NCBI GenBank assembly: GCA_007130125.1
Contig: SLSZ01000018.1
Coordinates: 4,200-68,199, forward strand
Direction: 5' to 3'
Source of the DNA: Bacteroidales bacterium
Lineage (GTDB): Bacteria; Bacteroidota; Bacteroidia; Bacteroidales; UBA7960
Length of the DNA: 64,000 bases
Below, piece after piece: positions 60,395 through 64,000 of this stretch. Below the pieces are notes generated by a model. It was not told the DNA's origin. It was given only the letters and a program-made list of their open reading frames with translations, and made no database searches. The position numbers were made by a program, and so were the translations under genes. Each line of letters begins with the position of its first letter. Within the stretch, counting starts at the first letter, position 1.

Positions 60395-63300
60395 CTAAAT
60401 TCCGGTTTGCTTAATTAAAAAATCTTGAATTTTATTTTTGGTCGATTTTAACTTAGTCCTTAAAAAAGGTAATCCATTTTCGGCAACAAAAATAAATTTT
60501 GAAAACAGCTTGTAATATAGAGCAAGATATAGCAATAGAGTAAAAATCCACAGTATAGCAAGATTAAAATAGAAAGTATCAAAAAGATTGCCTGCAAAAT
60601 GTTTTCGTGGAGCCAGGAAATGTGATCTGAAATTCATAAGCCTCTGATTCTGGGGATCAAGATATATTGGATCTGATTTTTGCACCAGTTTATTCCCAAG
60701 CCTTACAACCGGCAATGGAGCCATTTCATTTTTGGCAAAACTAGCCAAATACCTATTGTGATAATTATTTCTTAGTTGTTGGTATTCCTCCTCCATCTCG
60801 GGTGTTCTTGTTCTACTGACTATTTCTTGATCAATGGTTTCATTTACAAAGTTGAACCTGTCACGATAGAACTCATGCACCCTGTTCAAATAATTGGTGA
60901 GACTATCTGCAATTTCACTGTTGAAATTTTCAGGTGTTAATTTGTCAAAATAGTCGAATCTGTAATCATGGTATTGTGTAAACTCGCTTTCATGTTCCTT
61001 TGAAATCTCATTTCTAAGCAGTTCAAGGTCATCTGCAGAAATTGGTTCCTCATGGCCGGAGGCAAGCCTGAACTTATAGTCTTCAACATATCGTTTCAGT
61101 TCATTAATATAATAAACATCTTTATAATAAAGCGCACTTTCGAGCTTTCGCTTGGAGTAGAAATCTTCATAGTACTTATTGTTTTTGTATTGATTTACAA
61201 CCAATCCTTCAAAAGCCCATCTGGAAGGCATTATTTCAGCAATAATCGGAACTTTCTCTTGCCCACCACCAATAGCACGGTTTATTTTATCAAAACTAAA
61301 CATTGCGCCTGTTAATACCATCTGCGGAATAATTAAGAATGGTATAAGTATATAAATAGTTATTGCTGAATTAAATGCTGATGAAATATTAAGCCCCAAA
61401 ACATTGGCAAAGGCAGCAAGTGAGAAAAATACCAGCCAGTACTCAAAATACATCCCCTTTATACCAAGGATATAATTTCCAACAATTATAAATAAAAAGG
61501 CCTGAATCGCAGACAAAATAAAAAGTATCCCGATTTTTGAACACAAATAGCTGCTCCGGCTTAAATCAAGGAATGATTCGCGTTTTAAGATTTTCCGGTC
61601 TTTAAAAATTTCCTCTGCACTAACTATTAGCCCCAGGAAAAGAGCAACAATGGTGCACATAAATATGTATGGCATGATATTATCATTGTTGCGGAATATA
61701 TATACATCTGAAGTTGGATCTTCAATATAACGAATAACGAAGGCAAGCAAAAATCCCAGTAATGGGGCTTCAAGCAAGTTCAAAACCAGGTACTGCTTAT
61801 TGGATATCTTAGCGACGAAATCTCGTGTAAAAAATATTTTGTATTGGTTTAACCAATTAGGTTTCTTAAATGATTCGGGAAGTTTGTCAAACATCCCGGT
61901 TATTTTGTTTATTGATATTTTGTTCTTAAAATGTTCGTACCACTCTGCAGGGGTAACTTTTCGACCTGATGTAGGTTGCCCGTACTCATCAACTATTCTT
62001 GATTCAATAATACTGAAAATGGTCTCGGGATTTACATTACCGCATGAGGGGCATTCTCCGATATGACTGTTTATCTGATTATCAAGCTCTTTAAAATAAA
62101 TTACCGCTTCAACCGGGTTACCATAATAGATTTGATATCCACCATCGTCCAAAATTGTGACATTATCAAACATTTTAAATATTTCAGATGATGGCTGGTG
62201 AATAACGACAAAAATCAGCTTCCCTCTAACTGTTAACTCGCGTAGCAACTCCATAACATTTTCAGAGTCGCGTGAAGATAGCCCGGAGGTTGGTTCATCA
62301 ACAAATAATACAGCCGGTTCGCGAATCAGCTCAAGTCCGATGTTCAATCTTTTTCTTTGCCCTCCACTAATTTCTTTATTAAGAGGATCTCCAACTTTTA
62401 AATGCTTAATATGCGAGAGCCCCAAATTGAATAAAACTCTGTTTACCTTACCTTCAATATCTTCGTCCGTGAGATCTCTATACACCAGTTTAGTACTATA
62501 ATAAAGGTTTTCATAAACTGTAAGCTCCTCAATCAAAAGGTCATCCTGGGGTATATAGCCTATAATACCTTTTATTAATTCATTTTTCTCATGTAAGTCA
62601 TTGCCGTTAATATTTACCGAGCCGGTGGTTGGTTTTGACATTCCCGACATTACATTGAGCAAAGTAGTTTTTCCTGAACCGCTGGCACCCATAATAGCGA
62701 GCATCTTGCCAGATTGCTCTTCAATATTAACCTCTCTCAGGCCTATATGACCGTTTGGGAATCTATAATGAACTTTTTCAACTTTAAAATGCACATTAAT
62801 GGAAGTGTCATCTGAGAGGAACTTAGACACAATGTCGGTATGAAAAATAGGTTTGCCTTTGGGTTGCTTAATAACACTTCCTCTGGCAAACAAGTATATT
62901 TTCAAATTATTTATTGGTAAGCCATTGAGTAACAACTCTTTTGTTGATGTATACCGGAGGAAGTATAATTCAACACTTTGAATTCTTAGTACAAGTATTG
63001 TTCCGTCAAGCTGTGGGGATGAAATATGCTTTGCTTTTTCGGGCGATGTTTCTTCAGAGTTTATGATCAATATTTCAGGAATATCCCATTTACTTGCATC
63101 TTCCTGTACTACAAACGTTTCTATTGCATTATATTCTTCTTTACTAATATTAAAAACCTCAGCAGCAGTATCGATGATAGCCATTCGCTGCGGGGTGAAT
63201 TTTTTATCGGAGTTGACTAATTCAAATAGTCTAACAAGTACAACAACCTTTTGCTTTTGGGTAAGAGTTTTGTTGATTTTTTTTGCAATACCAAGAGTTT

Positions 63301-63541
63301 TAACTGAATCTTTTACTGAGGTGAGCTTAGGTTTTTGATCTTGGTCATTATCGTTTTCTGAAGCCTTTTTATCTCCCACATATTCATCAAAGAGAGCAAG
63401 ATATTCCTTGACAGAACTTTCGTTGAGTTGTTGGCGTAAAAAGTTTTCAACAAACTCACGTTCATTGGTAGACAGACCAACATCCTGCTTTGCAATAATA
63501 GCAAAGAGCTGCATCAAGGCTTTGAGAATTTCTTCACTCAT
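60395..63541 (-). CDS. multidomain ABC half-transporter: TerB-like N-domain, FHA-like region, ABCG-type ATPase, ABC-2 permease with a large insertion
   Basis: Walker A GASGSGKTT (aa 285-293), signature ISGGQRKRL (391-399), Walker B VLFVDEPTSGL (411-421) and VIHQPS (446-451), as in ABCG/White-type NBDs. TM helices span about aa 585-780. A soluble segment of about 200 aa (785-985) is followed by a final TM (about 990-1012). N-terminal aa 1-150 show two TerB-like helical repeats, and aa 180-245 look FHA-like (LLLNGLPI...ARGSVI). Confidence 0.8.
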   Translation of the reverse strand: MSEEILKALMQLFAIIAKQDVGLSTNEREFVENFLRQQLNESSVKEYLALFDEYVGDKKASENDNDQDQKPKLTSVKDSVKTLGIAKKINKTLTQKQKVVVLVRLFELVNSDKKFTPQRMAIIDTAAEVFNISKEEYNAIETFVVQEDASKWDIPEILIINSEETSPEKAKHISSPQLDGTILVLRIQSVELYFLRYTSTKELLLNGLPINNLKIYLFARGSVIKQPKGKPIFHTDIVSKFLSDDTSINVHFKVEKVHYRFPNGHIGLREVNIEEQSGKMLAIMGASGSGKTTLLNVMSGMSKPTTGSVNINGNDLHEKNELIKGIIGYIPQDDLLIEELTVYENLYYSTKLVYRDLTDEDIEGKVNRVLFNLGLSHIKHLKVGDPLNKEISGGQRKRLNIGLELIREPAVLFVDEPTSGLSSRDSENVMELLRELTVRGKLIFVVIHQPSSEIFKMFDNVTILDDGGYQIYYGNPVEAVIYFKELDNQINSHIGECPSCGNVNPETIFSIIESRIVDEYGQPTSGRKVTPAEWYEHFKNKISINKITGMFDKLPESFKKPNWLNQYKIFFTRDFVAKISNKQYLVLNLLEAPLLGFLLAFVIRYIEDPTSDVYIFRNNDNIMPYIFMCTIVALFLGLIVSAEEIFKDRKILKRESFLDLSRSSYLCSKIGILFILSAIQAFLFIIVGNYILGIKGMYFEYWLVFFSLAAFANVLGLNISSAFNSAITIYILIPFLIIPQMVLTGAMFSFDKINRAIGGGQEKVPIIAEIMPSRWAFEGLVVNQYKNNKYYEDFYSKRKLESALYYKDVYYINELKRYVEDYKFRLASGHEEPISADDLELLRNEISKEHESEFTQYHDYRFDYFDKLTPENFNSEIADSLTNYLNRVHEFYRDRFNFVNETIDQEIVSRTRTPEMEEEYQQLRNNYHNRYLASFAKNEMAPLPVVRLGNKLVQKSDPIYLDPQNQRLMNFRSHFLAPRKHFAGNLFDTFYFNLAILWIFTLLLYLALYYKLFSKFIFVAENGLPFLRTKLKSTKNKIQDFLIKQTGI

Positions 63542-63601
63542 TCAGAGGTAATTTTTTACTTTACAGCGAAATGCAATTATGGTTATTGCAGTTAAATAAA
63601 A

Positions 63602-63976
63602 TTAGTAGCTATGCATTTCAAATGGAATATCAACTATTTCGGAATATTCTTCGCCGGCTTCCAGCATATCCTCATCATCTTCCTGGTAGTACCATTGCAC
63701 AACCACTTCGTTACCTTCGTTAAGAATATCTTCGAATTTCAGAAGAATATCCAGAAGGGCTTTAGATGAGGCTGTATTAAAATATTCCAGCCTGAATATT
63801 ACATTAGTCTTAGGGTTAGGATTTTTTGCATATTCCTCAATCCATTGTATTGCAGGAGCATAGAAGGTCACAACGTCCTCAGGCAAAGACCTTCCGGAAA
63901 ACTCAATTATATTATTTTCTGCGTCGAGTATTACATTTGGAGTATCATCCGTCCCTTTAATTTTTATTACATCCAT
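63602..63976 (-). CDS. DUF1987 (SiaC-like partner-switching) family protein
   Basis: GTDDTPNVILDAENNIIEFSGRSLPEDVVTFYAPAIQWIEEY and FRLEYFNTASSKALLDIL match the DUF1987/SiaC family pattern (TP.V.f......l.i.G.S.PE....Y.P...W......f.leYfNTsSsK). Confidence 0.6.
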   Translation of the reverse strand: MDVIKIKGTDDTPNVILDAENNIIEFSGRSLPEDVVTFYAPAIQWIEEYAKNPNPKTNVIFRLEYFNTASSKALLDILLKFEDILNEGNEVVVQWYYQEDDEDMLEAGEEYSEIVDIPFEMHSY

Positions 63977-64000
63977 GTTGCGATATTTTAAGTTAATCGA

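Noticed and set aside
1-64000. Scan for CRISPR arrays, tRNA/rRNA genes, IS elements, integrases, prophage genes, toxin-antitoxin pairs or known defence-system hallmarks (nucleases, helicases, reverse transcriptases, TIR/SIR2-type domains)
   Set aside because: None seen. There are no regularly spaced direct repeats, no tRNA-like T-arm motifs in the intergenic regions, and every large ORF is accounted for by housekeeping or envelope functions. By-eye scanning cannot exclude small ncRNAs.

Overview
AT-rich chromosome segment that looks Bacteroidota-type: TAnnTTTG -7 promoter boxes, almost no Shine-Dalgarno sites, a gldB-like gene and Bacteroidota-style dcw gene order. It is mostly core genome. 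Left to right: asnS (cut by the window edge), fbaA, proS, a small envelope cluster (an odd aromatic/Ser-Arg-rich lipoprotein, a FadL/PorV-like barrel, two lipoproteins), polA, an mltF-like gene, a surface-glycan cluster (LtaS-like, O-antigen-ligase-like, TagB/F-like, GT4) joined to dapD, rpsF-rpsR-rplI, a TrmH-family methyltransferase and a hemerythrin. A complete minus-strand dcw cluster follows (mraZ-rsmH-ftsL-like-ftsI-murE-mraY-murD-ftsW-murG-murC-ftsQ-ftsA-ftsZ). After it come an N-acyl-amino-acid-lipid gene pair, engB, gldB-like, rfbD, a UDP-xylose synthase, an uncharacterised 469-aa protein, a TonB-receptor-like barrel, parE, an omega-amidase/aminotransferase pair and pgk. I found no tRNA, rRNA, CRISPR array, transposase, integrase or recognisable defence-system hallmark. 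The best candidate for an undescribed system is the minus-strand five-gene cluster at 58494-63976. It encodes a SiaC-like DUF1987 protein, a 1048-aa TerB-like/FHA-like/ABCG-type ATPase/ABC-2 permease fusion, a translationally coupled lipoprotein plus small secreted protein, and a stand-alone receiver domain. The clearest regulatory signal is three GTGGTAA direct repeats at exact 10-bp spacing overlapping the predicted mraZ promoter, which I read as a putative MraZ operator. All functional calls come from reading motifs in the supplied translations. No database search was run.
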